A stretch of 64,000 bases of DNA from Fimbriosthenelais zetlandica (taxonomy: Eukaryota), in NCBI GenBank assembly GCA_977030845.1, contig OZ365113.1, positions 24,862,001 to 24,926,000 of the forward strand, read 5' to 3'. The notes under the pieces were generated by a model. That model was not told where the DNA came from. It searched no databases and saw only the letters and a list, made by a program, of their open reading frames with translations. Position numbers and translations under genes: made by a program. Of this stretch, positions 48,233-62,152 are shown in pieces (the stretch's first letter is position 1; each line of letters begins with the position of its first letter).

Positions 48233-48436
48233 AGCCGGGAATACACTAATCCGATTCTCCAATCCGTCGCCACCCTATTTCTAATGACATCTACAGATTG
48301 AAATTTTGTCAATAGGTAACCCTACCTAGGCGTAAATTACTTTTAAAATTACAGGCATTTGGTGTGAATATAAATACAGATTCTGACAGCTATCGGATGG
48401 CTCCGGATAGAGAATCGGATTAGTGTATTCCTGGCT
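48233..48436. mobile_element. MITE family B, full copy
   Basis: AGCCGGGAATACACTAATCCGATTCTC...GAGAATCGGATTAGTGTATTCCTGGCT with AAA/AAA flanks. Confidence 0.9.
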
Positions 48437-49698
48437 AAAGGATGGATTACTGGCTGGCATGCTTGTAAACCGTGCAAAAAGCCTCTTGTGAAAAGTCATG
48501 GCGGCACACAATACAGATGGTGAAATACAAGCCAACTATTCATAAGGTACCAACCAGCTTTTTATAAGGTCAGATCCGCTGTATCAAATTTCAAATAAAT
48601 TGGAGTAATGTAAAGTTGCATTACTCTGAATGATCGCCTGTGATATCAGTATTGTATTTCCATATGCATTCATCTTCTTAAGATTGCTTTGCCATATGGT
48701 TTTGCCATTGATTTTCCCAATATACATGAGTATACATAAAGTATAAGCCTATATAACTGTCGTGCCATACCTTGATACTTTGCTTTCAAAGATCAACAAG
48801 GAAATGGCCCAGAGTTTCAGGCTTTCAAGGGAAAATTGCCCACTTTCGCTTCACAACCCAAAGGAAACATTTAGGAGAAGAGGGACTTGAGGTTAAATAG
48901 TCAAAAGTCAGGTCATGCCGTATATCACACCGACTTATTGGTGTCTGTTGGTCAAGATAGGCTTGGATGGCATGACCATTGAGAAAAGCACATGTTCATG
49001 GAAGTGTTATGTAGGGAGAGGGAAAGGTGCTGAATAATACTTGTACTAAGATACTAAGGGAAGACATTACAGGCTAGCATTTAAATGCATGGCCAAACAC
49101 ATGCTTTTCCATATTTTCCCTTTCCAAAAGCTTTTCCATATTTCGAAAGCTTTCATTTTATACTCGAGGTGTTATATTTTAAAGGTAGCTGCTCATCCCA
49201 GGGGGGTGGGGGCGGGGGGTGGGGCTAGGCGATGGCTAGCCCCACGAAAGGTTTATCATGTGTGTTTAGGTAGGGGCGGGGTGAGTGACATAAAATCAGA
49301 AACTGAGTGACATAAACCATATCTGAAAGGGCCTCTCCTCCTTGCTTTGAGAACTTGACACAAAATGAGGCTATTCATTTGTCTTACTCAGATCAAAGTG
49401 GATCACCGCAATTTAGTAAATACATTAAGTTAGATTAGAAGCCACAAAGTGATGGGATTTGGTTCGTGAATCCACTTTTTGATGAAGAAAATGAGAATTA
49501 TCCGTATCTTGCCCATGAATAATGGCCAACGTGATGGCAGTTATACTGAGGCATGTGAATCATCTCTGCTTGGATCGAGATGGACACGGAGCCTGTAAAT
49601 GCCACATGCTATATAGATCGGTCAATTCAATGTGTGCATCGGTTTAAGGAGGTGGACTGAGTGGCCCCCATCCATTTCCCCCCTTTTCCCCAAAACAG

Positions 49699-49846
49699 GT
49701 ACAAGTGCACTGTTGGAGAAGGCAATTGGCCAGCCCAAATCGAAGCTGCAGCGATTGGATGCTCTGTTGTATATGGCAGTCACCGAAGCAGCAGCGAAAC
49801 GTCTGATGGGGCACACTCTTCAAAATACTTCCGCAAAATGTATAAG
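49699..49846 (+). other. Candidate 148-nt exon (coding or 5' UTR)
   Basis: Acceptor TTCCCCCCTTTTCCCCAAAACAG| and donor AAG|GTAGGC. Two of the three frames are open. Confidence 0.45.
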
Positions 49847-51140
49847 GTAGGCTAGTTCACATTTGTAAACTAAATATTCAGCTTGAAATGAATTTATGTT
49901 ATCCTGGAGCAAAAGTTACTGGAAAAAATTCCCCACATTACAGCTGGGTACTCGGGAAGATTCATTACAGTGTTGATAATAGAGAAGTCATCAAGTTAAA
50001 AACCTTATATTTGTCTACCAACAATGTATCCACTTTTACCACTCATTCAATATACCGACTTTTTTCTTTTCAGGTATCCCTCCCTCTATTTTTATTTGTC
50101 TCCAAGGCCCTCTTAATTCGAAACCAGAACTTTTCCAGAACAGCCAAAGCAATCATGCTGAATCACGTTTCCTTCAGTATAAATATACCCTCTTGCATAT
50201 TTGACCTTCTCGCAACCAAGCGGCCACCTTTGGAAACCATTGAATGGAAAGGTCAGTAGAATGGAAAGTAGCTCCCCTGTGGCAGAGTGACTGAAGCCTT
50301 GCCTAGCTATAAGCTTGGAGGCCATGGCAGTTGCTGGAGCAGCAGCGTTGGCAGCAGGAGAAAACAGCAGCAGCAGCAGAGGCAAGTGAATCAAGGCAAG
50401 GCCTTTCAGTATGCGCCAGCATTCCTCAGTAACAAGCTCCAGCCACTGGCAACCGTTGGCCTTATGGACACCACCACTATCCTCCGTCATCACCCACCAC
50501 CACCACAGCCGCCACCGTCTATTCACAACCTTGTGGCCTTAGTCTTTAGACCATAGACAAACTGGCAGACATGTGCCTCTCCATGTATAAGGGAATTATG
50601 AGAGACGAGAGACTTAATACATTATCTAGTAGCGGAGGATTATTTATCTAAAGCATGGCGGATTTATCTAACAACCGGCTACATATGATCACATCGGGAT
50701 ACGGGAACGTCTCTTCTACTACGGCCTTTTCCCTACCTTCTCACACTCGCCTCCGTCTCTCTTCCCTCATCTCTCTCTCCCTCTTCCCTTCCTTCGGAGA
50801 GAACACACCCTCATCCTCCCCCTCCTCCTCCTCCACCTCCTTCTTCCCCTCCTGCAGTCCTCACCATCACAAATTCTCCAACAACACTCCAGTCAGCAAT
50901 TGGACCTTATAGTTCTTTACCCTCAATTCACATGCTGCTAAATAATTCCACGGTAGTGTGACAAGAGATGTCTTAAGTACGAGATCTGGGATTGTTTTAA
51001 GGATGTTTGGATTTTACCATACACAGCTGATGATCTGGAAACTCTTGACGATCGGAGGTATTTCTCATATAGAAGGTTGCTGTCCTTTAGCTAGGTAGGG
51101 GTAATTATAATCATATGTGTTGTTCGGGGGAGAGAAGACT

Positions 51141-53400
51141 ATGGGTTGTGGGTCGGCTAAGATATCCCTATCGCATGTGGGCAGGCGGTCAGGGGAGCGA
51201 GGTGGGGGCGGGAAGAGGAGACAGGCTCACACTGACTACAGTGACAGTGACCCAGAGGAGTCGGATTCGGAGCATCATCATGGATACGAGAGAAGCAAAC
51301 TGGCTGCACGGGGTGGTGCTACAGCAGCCCGGTCGGCCCCCGCCCTTGTTACCTCGGCCAGTGTGGACTCCCAACTGCAAAGACCCAACCATAAACATCC
51401 CAAAATAATTACTTCCTTCTCTCAAAATGATTTTACCACCACCACGAATATCGACGGGCGGGGGAGGATACGAGTGACACTCTCGCACGATGGGTCGCTA
51501 CTTGAGGTGGAAACGGAAATGCTCAATACACACCAAGACGAGGACAACGTCGCTGCTTCTCTCCAGGCAGCAGCGTCTTCGGGAAAGGATGGTGACAACA
51601 GGAACCGGAAACAGCCGCCAGTTTGGACCCCAAATGAGGGTAAACCAGAGCAAGACGAAGCATTGCCTTCATGTAGTGGGACGAACACGAATGTTGGTAA
51701 AGCAATGTCGGGAGGATCACGATCAGATGTATCAGGTCATGGGGTCTCCACATCAGAGCAGGAATCTACCACGTCTAACTCGGCTAACTCTTACTCCACC
51801 CCACATTATAATGATGGGAGACACACGCGGGATAGAGGTGAAGTGGTCACGTCCGGGGGTTGTGATACTGAAGATGAGGAAGATGCCCCCAACGCAGGCA
51901 CGGTATTCATCACCGTGGCTGAGATAGAAGACAGACCCCCCTCTAGTAGGACACACAGATCGAAATCCATCAACTCCATCCTCTCCCAGGCCGAGGAAAG
52001 CCTCCGACAGGAACTCACCAGACCCAAACTCAAAAGGACATGTAAAGAATGTGGCTGTGCCAAGGATGATACGGAGGTCAATGGACCTGATAACATAGCT
52101 GACTCTTCTACGACGACGACTGTGGGTGATATAGAAGTGATAAACTTGGCAGACAAAAACATCGAAAAATGTGAAACGATTGCAAACGCAAATAAAAGCC
52201 GTGGGGACCTTTCATTAGTGAATGAATCAAGCAATAGTGCTAGTTGTAACAGTCAGTCTGGCCTGACGCGTGTTTCTCATCCAGCTGCTCAAGAAGGGAC
52301 GGCTGGTGGTGGGAATAGAAAAGCCAGAAAGTTCAAACAGTGTTCGGAGGATCATCCCTCTCCATTACTCATTGATAAATATGTAGAATGTTGTTGTTAC
52401 TGTCATCAATACCAAAGAGGAATCGACAGAAACGAGATTAAGCCTTCTGGCAAAGGCAACACAGCCTCTGGACAATCAAAGGTCACTGACCACAACCCTG
52501 GGTCAATCCCTGGACAGACAGATATAAAAAATGGCCATAGTTCAAACAGTCAAACCACTTATAATAGCCGTTCAGACAAGGACCCTACCTCTTCAACCAA
52601 ATCCAAATTGGGGAAGCTCAAAAGAGCCAAGATATTTGGAAGAAGCGAGTCTAAGGAAAATGGGAATAACAACGACTCTTCTAACCATTCTTCTTACAGT
52701 GTTTGCAATGGGAAAGATATGTCCAGTTGGAGGGAGAAGGACAAGAAGGGGTTTTATAAGACTTCAAACACTCACTCTGCAGAATTTAACCAACCTAAAA
52801 ATAAAGCCAAAGCAAACATAAAGGGTAGGAATTTTCTAGGTCATAGCCATGATGGTGTCCTTTCAAATGACACCATTGTGACAGTGCCTGTGGCACCCAT
52901 AGTGGACGCCAATGCTGTTTTTGATTTTGACGATTATGAATGGGCCGAACTGGCTTTAGGCAGATCATCCAATCCTAGGAAAAAGTCCTCCAGCAGCCCT
53001 AACAAACAGTCTAAATCATCCAGTAGAAGTAAGAAATGTGTACCTGGAGACATATCAAGCAAGGAAGTTGCGCACAATTTTAAAGAGAATAAGACTTTCC
53101 ACAAGATAAAATCTTTATCCTCCAACCAGTTAAGTCTGGCTTCCACTGCAGCTGCTTCGAACGGTCACTCATCGTCCAGATTTTCTACTTCTGACCAGTG
53201 TAAATGTAACCTAAGGCGGAGTAAGACTACAAGTTCGGGCTCTATAGCAGAAATGGCAGACGGGCCTGGTCTGAGCCAGCAAAGTGTCAACACCTTCATG
53301 ACCCCCTCACTCAGCATGGATTCAGCTTCCTTACCCAGCAGTCAGGGGTCATTGGATAACCCTGCTATGTGGCTGCAAGTCCACACTGACTTTTTCAATG
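51141..53400 (+). CDS. First coding exon (2.26 kb) of an uncharacterised protein with N-terminal MGCGS lipidation motif
   Basis: In-frame TAA at 51108. The first in-frame ATG (ACTATGG) is at 51141 and the frame stays open for ~753 codons. A donor ATG|GTGAGT at 53400/53401 means the ORF-track tail (GELLLL...) is probably intronic. Confidence 0.8.
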
Positions 53401-54624
53401 GTGAGTTGTTGCTGCTTTCTGTCCTGTTCACTCAGGCAAGAATAACATTACCTTTTTCAGTGAAAGACGATTTTTTCTTACTTGGTTAATTTAAGGAGTA
53501 AAAGTATAATCAAAGTTTTTCTACTAATATTAAATGACTAGCTCCTGAATAGAAAAGAAGGATGGCTATGTGATGGAGGAAGACTAGTTGGATTTGCACA
53601 TGACTCCACCAGCATTTATTTTACCGGAGAAGCAGATCGCAAAACTTGAGTGCATTTACTTACCAGTTCGCAAAGGTTGAGTGCACTTATGTAACCTGAC
53701 TAGCAAATGCCTGGGTTATCTGGGCTGGTAGAAGAAACAATGGAAAATCACAGAAAATGACAAACATCAGGTGTATTTCGGCTGCACATATTATAACATA
53801 GTCATCCAAAATTATGAGTCAGAGGTATACTCAATTCACACCGCTGCATGCTGCTTTTCATGTTTCCAAATTTCGTTTTCCAATTTCCCGGAGCATTAAT
53901 CGCTGTGGAATTCATCTCGTTGAGACAGTGGTTGTTAAAACCCTGTGATGAACTTATCATTGAATTCATTAATCACCAGAGACTTTGATATGATTAAGGT
54001 TCATTTACATCAGCCTTTGTGTCAGGCATCACTTGCCGTCAGATGGAATCATTGATTGGTGAAATGTTCTGACTCAGGCTCATAATATCCCTGATCGATA
54101 GCATGCCGGGCTGAGGATTATTGTGAAGATCTGCACTATCATTTCTATCAGCATATTGCTGGAATTTAATGTCTTGCAGGATGATTTAAATAGCGACACT
54201 TTCCATTGGATGATTTTCAGAACGGCTGTTAATTATTATTCCCAGCCTATATCTGAACTTATCCAGGGTGCCAATCTATAGTTGGACAGGCTAACAAGGT
54301 AGAACTCACGTAAGATGAATCTAGTATAGTGAGAATCCCGATAACATTATCGCACATTGTGGTGTGCCATTTTTATTGGCTTGAGATTGTTAACATTCAG
54401 GTCATTGTACAAGAAGAGGGTCATAAATTACAAATCTCAGCATAGAATTTGTATATCATTTACCCCCTCTCCCTTGTACTAATTTTGATAGAAAATTGTC
54501 AGCAGCGACGAGGGTACGAGACCTCGTAAATGACGAGGATCACGTCACTGTCATGGCCTCTCATCGCCGAGGAGGGTGTGCTTTGTGAAGTTTATGCTTC
54601 GTTATTTTTTTACGAAGTCTGTAT

Positions 54625-54679
54625 CCTCGTCGGCGAGGGGCTCTTAGTTAACCCTTGTGGACCCTCGCCATTGACGAGG
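54625..54679. mobile_element. Inverted element ends around TTAA (piggyBac-like MITE remnant)
   Basis: CCTCGTCGGCGAGGGG...TTAA-CCCT...CCCTCGCCATTGACGAGG, with more GACGAG motifs at 54500-54560. Confidence 0.35.
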
Positions 54680-54964
54680 TTACTATAGTACAAGACCCTG
54701 CATGTCTATACTCGTGTTTGCATAGCTTCCACATTTAATTCATTTTCTTGATGGTCCTTCCAATATCATCATGTCCTCCAAAGCTGCTGCCAAATGCCAG
54801 TTTAGGGTGAGGCATAAATTGATTATTCCATTGAGTGATGATGATAGAGGTGGCATTTCACCATTTGCATATAAGTCCACAATGGATCATAGCTGGGGGT
54901 AGGACATGAGAGGGGCCATATCTCAGTGAAATCACTCACTTATCCACCTATAGCCATCCCTCAG

Positions 54965-55087
54965 CTGGCATCCCGAGCATCCGCCTAATCCCCGGGCTCG
55001 CCGTCTGGGATATCTTTGTCATGGAATCCGTGTGCCAGGGCTGGCTGGCGAAAATCAATGGAGAGGGCCTGAAGGAATGCCCTACAC
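54965..55087 (+). CDS. Probable exon 2 of the MGCGS gene
   Basis: CCATCCCTCAG| acceptor. The phase-1 join gives FFN-AGIPSIRLIPGLAVWDIFVMESVCQGWLAKINGEGLKECPT. It ends either at donor CAC|GTATAT or at TAA 55095. Confidence 0.55.
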
Positions 55088-55815
55088 GTATATAAAGCAC
55101 GGGTGAAAAAGTGACAAGAGTCAAAAGCAATTTTCATATGTGGGTCTAAGCCGAGGGAAATTTTAACTCCTAACCATGGTCAGAAAGAATGTGCTGGCAC
55201 TTTACAAACCTAATATGTCTTTCTGTGTTCGGCTGTCCTTTTGCCTTATGGGTATCCTTTATCCAAGATTTTCCACCTTGTCTCAGTGTCAACCTTATGC
55301 TTTGCTCTTTTTCTGATACCAAACTGTCCCTCAGTAATAAAATGAGAAGTATTCAGTGTGTGTTAAGAAAGGAATATAGTCCAATTCCTCTAAATGTAAT
55401 GGCGTATGATTGGCAAACTTAAAGGCCTATAAATATGGCTGGCTATATGGTTGTGAGGGGATAGATTGTTGAATTGCTATCTCATCCGAATCATTAGATC
55501 TGATTGATAATTATATTTATATTAGTGATGCTCTAGTTCTATTAAAAACAATTTAACCTGACTTAATAATCCAAATATGCACCTCATTTGACATTGTTAG
55601 GCTAGTTATTAGCCCCAACAATATTATATGCCATATGCTCTTCCAATAAGGCGACCACCTTTGGGACCGACAAAAAGTGGTCACTATAAGCTATCTGAGA
55701 TTCCATATATAAGGATGCTATTAACTCAAAGGCGTTATCCTGGATTTACCCCTCTAACCTCACTAATAGCTACAATAGTTTCCTCACTATAATAGTGTCT
55801 TTAATTTCATATTAA

Positions 55816-55995
55816 AGCCGGGACTCCACTGCTGCGATTTTGCTTGCGACACTCCTGCGACAAAGGTGATGCTTGTGTTGGATTGAAAAATGTACCAGTG
55901 GAGGACGGTCTTGGACACTTCATCCACAATTTGTAAATTTGACGGCTTTGTCGCAGCAGTGTCGCAAGCAAAATCGCAGCAGTGGAGTCCCGGCT
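55816..55995. mobile_element. MITE family A copy 4 (internally shorter)
   Basis: Same TIRs as copies 1-3; flanks TAA/TTA. Confidence 0.9.
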
Positions 55996-58003
55996 TTACT
56001 GTAGAGTGAAGATGCACCTTGTTAAGACACTTCATCACCCGGTGATAGACCCAATTCATTAATGGTGCTTGATAGATTCTCCTCATGGAATCGACACTTC
56101 AACCCCCCTTGTGCAACCTCCCTCCCGTGTACTTCTCCATATCAATTTTATGATAGGCCAGCCAGTGCAATGCTGTTGGTGCACTTTGTTGTTTTTTCTC
56201 TAGCGCCCAAGGGAAGATACAGTTTCATTTCCCAGTATACACTTTGCCAATACAGTGCAGTGTAGCCTGCCAACTACCACTCCCAAACATTGTGAATAAC
56301 CCGATTGGCGAGGTATAAGATTATACACCGTTTAATATAGTTATATGTACTACACAAACATCGACTGTCCATATTGATTTTATAGGCAACCAAATAATAA
56401 TATACATACATACCTTGGTTTGCCTCTGAAATAATATATGATGTCAAAATGACCATTAATCTGGTTGGCGGAGTGCAGTTTGTACAGGATTCGTTCACTT
56501 CCAGTAGATCAAAATTTCATGATTTTTTCATGCTTTTAAAGGCAGATGCGGCAGATTTTTAGGTCTCTGTTGCCAAAATGTGGATTTTCACTAAATACAC
56601 CTTTTAAGTATAGGGAATCAAATTTCATCACTTATTCATTACTTTTTGAACATTTAGGAAATTTCATGACTTTTGAACTTTTCCTTTTTTTTTCTTTCTT
56701 TATGCAAATCACAGAAATGACTTGTATTTATGGTATGGGTCTTCATTTAAATCTATGGAAAAAAAATCTTTGAAAAATTGGTGGGGGCCTAATTAGGTGT
56801 TCTATTGTATAGAATAGTACATGTATATAAACTAACCCCCCCCCCCTCCACTGCCTACACACACACTTGGGTTTAATATACAGCCTTCTTATTAGGTTAG
56901 GTAATTGGAAACGTATAAAGCAGTTTGCGAGAACACAATTTCCCTAAAGGCAGTGAAGGAAAGCAAGAAGTTGGTCATGTTATCTATCCCAGAGGCAATC
57001 CTGTCCCTGAGCACTATATACAGCAGTGAAACATTTCCATTGTATAGAGGCAGACTTCCTTCTCCCATATCATGACTGTCGCAGAATTAAGGAGCACAAG
57101 AATAATATGATTTTCTTACTTTACTTTCTCAGTCTGCTCTAAGCTCATACTAATAAGTGTGTGCCATTGAGAACTAGTAGACCGGCCTATACGTCGGGGT
57201 TTTGAAAAAAATGCCATTGCTGAATTTCCAATTTATCATGGTTTCATAGTGTACAGGACGACTATTGATATAATTTATGCACATGTGTTGGCCAAAACGG
57301 CAGCTTTTCCACCGGCATTTGAGGCGAGTCCGACATTTTAGACTCCTGCCAAATTATCAGGAAATTTTCATTTTGAGGATTGCCGTGCACTGGTGCAGGG
57401 GCCTGTTTCAGCGCTAACATTTCCCATAGACTTTATGGGTTGTTCATGCCTGAAGTCATATACCCGTTGTCTTTTGAGATGACCTTCACATCAATAATTT
57501 ATCTGTCTTTCCTTTGAACGATTTTCAAGTCACCTCCTTGCTCTGCCCCCTCACACTTTTCTTTGATATTTTACTTATAAATGAACTATCCTTGTCCTTC
57601 TGACTCTGACCTTCTCTTTGGACTCATATTAGAGACTCTTTTCAATACTGTACTATGTATAGATCAATGAATCAAGGCCTGCATGGCCAATGTCTTTCTA
57701 ACACATAACTTATCACATTACTTTTCTTTCTAAGGAATGAAAAATAGGGCCTTGGACTATGCCGTAATGTTGACTCAACATAGGACTTGATCCCAGATTC
57801 TCTGGTCCTTCTTATCCATTTAGCTGGCAGGCTTAAATGTATATAGAACATTATGATGTAAGAGAGTTCTGCAGGTTGCCTTCTTCTGCTCCATGCACAT
57901 TCACATTATGTATCATTTCTCTCGAGATCTTTCTCTCTATTCCTTATTTCTCCAGTTAATATTCCTTTTTATTTCAGGAGATATTTTTATCTCTGTTGGG
58001 GAG

Positions 58004-58017
58004 TCTGTCTGTCGGGG

Positions 58018-58050
<33 letters not shown>
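58004..58050. repeat. (TGTC)n microsatellite
   Basis: Visible CTGT repeats. Confidence 0.9.
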
Positions 58051-60579
58051 CAGTCTCTTTCTTTTTTCAAGATTATTTCTCTCCTCCCTCTCTCTCCGTG
58101 ACTATTCCTGTTTTCCCTCCCACTTCCATTTCATCTCTTTCCCTCCCGGACCTAAAGATTGTCAGGCCTTTTCTACCCCCATACCAAGCTTCTATATATA
58201 TATATATCCCAATCCTGCCTCCCCATCCACATCCACCCCGTCCCCAACCACACCCCCACATCACCCACCCACCCACCCTTCTCCCTCATTCCTCAGGGAG
58301 CCTAGCACATGTTTTACTGAATTAGCAGAGGCTAGCCTTTACCCCAGGAGAGGCGAATGCCTGAGAGTCGTGTATAGTTATCCTGAGGGTACTTACCACC
58401 ACATATAGGGAGCAGCTCACCACCACCTCCCGAGCACCACTCTCCCTATAGGAAGATCATTCATTATGGAGCTTACCACCTTACGCCAGTATATAAGTCT
58501 ATGCATCACATGGTCAACTGGTACATGTTCCATCTAACTTCTAAGCGATGGACTGCGGCCAGATATTCATTGATGTCCATGCGACATGTCCCCTCTTTCT
58601 CTCTGTGAATGCAGACAGTTATAAGAGAAAGATATGATTATGTAGTTTCTGCTGAACTCCCAGGGGATATATATCTCCTGATGAATTTATCGACACTATC
58701 AGATCTGCCTTCAGCAGAGCATTTCATAAAATATAGAGGAACTTTCAAACGTGGCCTTTGGTAACTAACAGTGGCAGACCCAGACCCTCAACCTTTTTCA
58801 ACCGAAAACAAGTTGGACTCTGGTTTGGTTTTTTGTTCACTGTGTATATATGAGCTGGAGTAAATCAGCACCCCACAACCCGTGTACCCCCAACTAACCC
58901 CTACATCCACATCTCCAACATACTGTCAGAGATTCACTTTGAACATGTATAGATCATTGAACATTATATGGAGAATATATATATATAAATGGGCTTGTCT
59001 CACAGAAGCTCTCTTTATTCCTGTTTCATCGATTTGGGGTTAAAAACTCACGTCAAAGAGAGCTAGACAGCAGTAGCATCGTCTAAATCGTGTTGATATT
59101 GTGAGCACTCCAGCTGGTATGGTGACGTGATTGTCGATTCAGCATTGCTTTTATTTCTGATCCAATTTTGTGATTAGTACTCGTTTCACCTATCATCATC
59201 GTGTAATGTGTTTGGGAGGACAAGAACTCATTGATTAAGTCTAATGCACAGAAGGGCCAGGCACTCTCTGACGTCCAATGACGTCTGATGAGCGTCTTGC
59301 TGCTACCATGCACGTACATGCCCAACACGACAATTAAGTGACACTTCCTTTTACGACACTGCCTTTTGCGTCTGACTTTTGCGACACTGCCTTTTGAAAT
59401 TCAAAGTTTAAATAGTTGCATCTATGAAGTAAAACTCGCTTGGAAGTCCTACAACTACAGTTAGTTATGACCCTGATCTAATGCCCACAAAAATGGAGAC
59501 GAGAATGCATCACTTCCGGTGACCTTTTAAAATAACATTGCAGAGATGGAATAATAATCCAATCTAACCAACCACCGATGTATCTGCCATAAAACCATGA
59601 GTAAAAGAAAGCTTCTTTAGGCCTGCTTGCAATTAGATTTTTGTACGTGTATAGGGATTAAGAAATTCAAATGAAGATCAATATCTGTGGGCCGAATCGG
59701 CGCCATATGGCACCGGAAGTGGTGCTTTCAGGCCTCACTATAATCTATCCCCTTTTTTTATAGTCTATTCCTCAATTTGAAAAATTCCTATTGAGAATAG
59801 AATTAACTGTTGGGAACATTAAATTTCGATGTGGGATCGGGTAAATTGTTATCTGTTCAAACGAGATACCTGCATCATGTGTGGCTAGCATTGTTGATCT
59901 AATATTGGCATGCCAGACGTCAGACAGTGAGACAATGGGGTACACAAATGATCATCAGAAACATCATGTCCACGTAGGTTTCCATGGAAAATAATATTTA
60001 TAGCATGTGGCATCACTTTAGGATCGCTAAATAACCCTCTAGAGAAATATCTTTTGTAAATAGATCAATTTGCGTTACCGGATTAACAATTCTCAGGAAC
60101 TGGGAAAATTGTCTTCCATTAAAGGTTTCGATTCTATTCTTATTTTTTTTTATTGGAAATCTATAATCAAAAATATTGAACTTGGAGAGTTATCGCACGA
60201 AGGGACCAAATCTAGGACAATTTATATAAGAAGCGAAATAAAATGAAGGAAAAAAACATGTGTGATTGCTTGCAATCACATAGAGACAATATGATCGATC
60301 AGTGCACAGTTCAGTTTGGTTTGTAACAGGAAGTCAATGAAAGGTGAGTTAGTCTGAATGGAAGAATAACACACAGTCAGGTGGAGTGATCGTGCTCGTT
60401 ATGGGTGTATAAAGAGAGAGATCAATGCTTGACATGAGGCGCATGTACATGTAGAAGGTTAGGAAAACTCCACACATGACAACTGTTTACAGTCACACCG
60501 TCATTATAGTCAAAACATGCAAGTGATAAAGTCAATCCGGGGTCCGGCAGGTCGTCTCTCATGGATCTTCTCCTCCAAA

Positions 60580-60775
60580 TCACTCACTCACTCACACACT
60601 CACTCACTCACTCACTCACTCACTCACTCACTCACTCACTCACTCACTGGCCTATTATTCTACTGACTCACCCCTTTGCTCATTCACTCACTCACTCACT
60701 CACTAGCCAACTCACTCACTCACTCACTCACTCACTCACTCACTCACTCATGCACTCACTCACTCACCCCATCAA
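60580..60775. repeat. (TCAC)n microsatellite, interrupted
   Basis: Long CACT arrays. Confidence 0.95.
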
Positions 60776-62007
60776 TCACTCGCCTACCCGCTCCATAAAC
60801 GTACTTTCTATGTCACCCGCCCCTTATTCGCACACCCACTCAATCTTTTTATAATTATTAAAAAAAATTGTAATCAGGGCAGGATAAAGATACATGTAAG
60901 CTACCTTACTTTCTTCATTCCCTCCTTTTGTTCGGTCTCAATCGATTGCAAGTAAATCCCATACTGAGATGGAGTGAGAAACATTGCGATTGAAATTAAT
61001 ATGCTCATAGAAGAAAATGGAATGACAAATAGGGAGATTTAAGGAGATTAAATTTATGTACTCCTCAAAAGGATCCACATAAATTGTTCTCACTTTGCTT
61101 TGAGAGGTTTATAAAAATAAACGAGAAGCTTTCGAAAGAGTGGCGAAATTATAAAAGGATAATCAATGGTGAAGGTTTTATGGTATGTATATATGGTTTT
61201 CCGGGAATATCTGTAATTGAAAACAACAGACATCTAATCTATTATCGTATATATGCCCTTAGAGTAATTAAATTAATGTCATTAATATTAAGTAATGTAT
61301 AACACTCTCAGATGAACCAAAATCTGAGGATTAAAAACTAGTGATCTCGTGTAACATTGTGAGCTAATTAAAGACCTAATTAAAGAATCGTATTATTAAA
61401 GGGATATGATCGAAAGACTATGTATAGTGTTATTTTCCTAGGTATAGTAGTTCTGACTTTAGATACTTGATTTCACTGAACAAATTATAACCAGGTCTTA
61501 GTGGATTATGGGCGGGACATTTTAACAGGCACAGTTCTAAGACCAGGTTAATAAAGCCAAGCTAAATATAAGTGGTTCATATCCCTTTTAATGGTTTGCG
61601 ATTGTAACCCTTCTCCATATGAAATAATTTTAATTGAGTGGGCCCGTTGTCATAGATCCATTAGGGCTACTTCATGCATGTGACCCAAACTCACTGCACG
61701 AAAGTGGATCGTACCTTCTCGTTGAGTGTCACATTTGCCAGTGTAACGTTTTTTCTCCTTCCTACATCCGATGCCTAGAGCTGATGATGGGCCCTAAACT
61801 GGCGAGGTAATATATATAGCTAAAGGTCAAGTGGGGAGGCTATATAGGCCTATATATAGGTCCATGTAGAGTCCGAATAAATATATATTTCAATATTGGA
61901 GAAATCCAAGTTATGGGTTGGATGTTCTACAATATAGGCTAAGAGCTCTTCTGTCCATCTAAGTGCATCTCTGTCCTTTGCCCATTATATATCTCATTAT
62001 GACACAG

Positions 62008-62152
62008 TGTATAGATACATAAAGGAAGCGGAAGTTGTGCTGATAGATGCATTAGCAACCACGGGCGTGTTCCCTAAAAATATCATCTTTATGATGCAGT
62101 GCCACTTGGGCCAAAGGGCGTTCTATTACCATGACAGACTAAATGGAAAATG
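62008..62152 (+). CDS. Candidate exon 3 of the MGCGS gene
   Basis: CTCATTATGACACAG| acceptor. The phase-1 join gives CPT-LYRYIKEAEVVLIDALATTGVFPKNIIFMMQCHLGQRAFYYHDRLNGK, within a 109-codon open frame. The donor is uncertain (TG|GTATAG). Confidence 0.4.

Noticed and set aside
50113-50556. Overlapping 137-aa (-) and 89-aa (+) ORFs
   Set aside because: They are CAG/CCA-rich low-complexity sequence with no recognisable domain and no convincing splice context, and may be UTR.
53401-53489. Hydrophobic C-terminus (ELLLLSVLFT...) of the 790-aa ORF as a transmembrane anchor
   Set aside because: It begins exactly at a GTGAGT donor and is most likely intron read-through.
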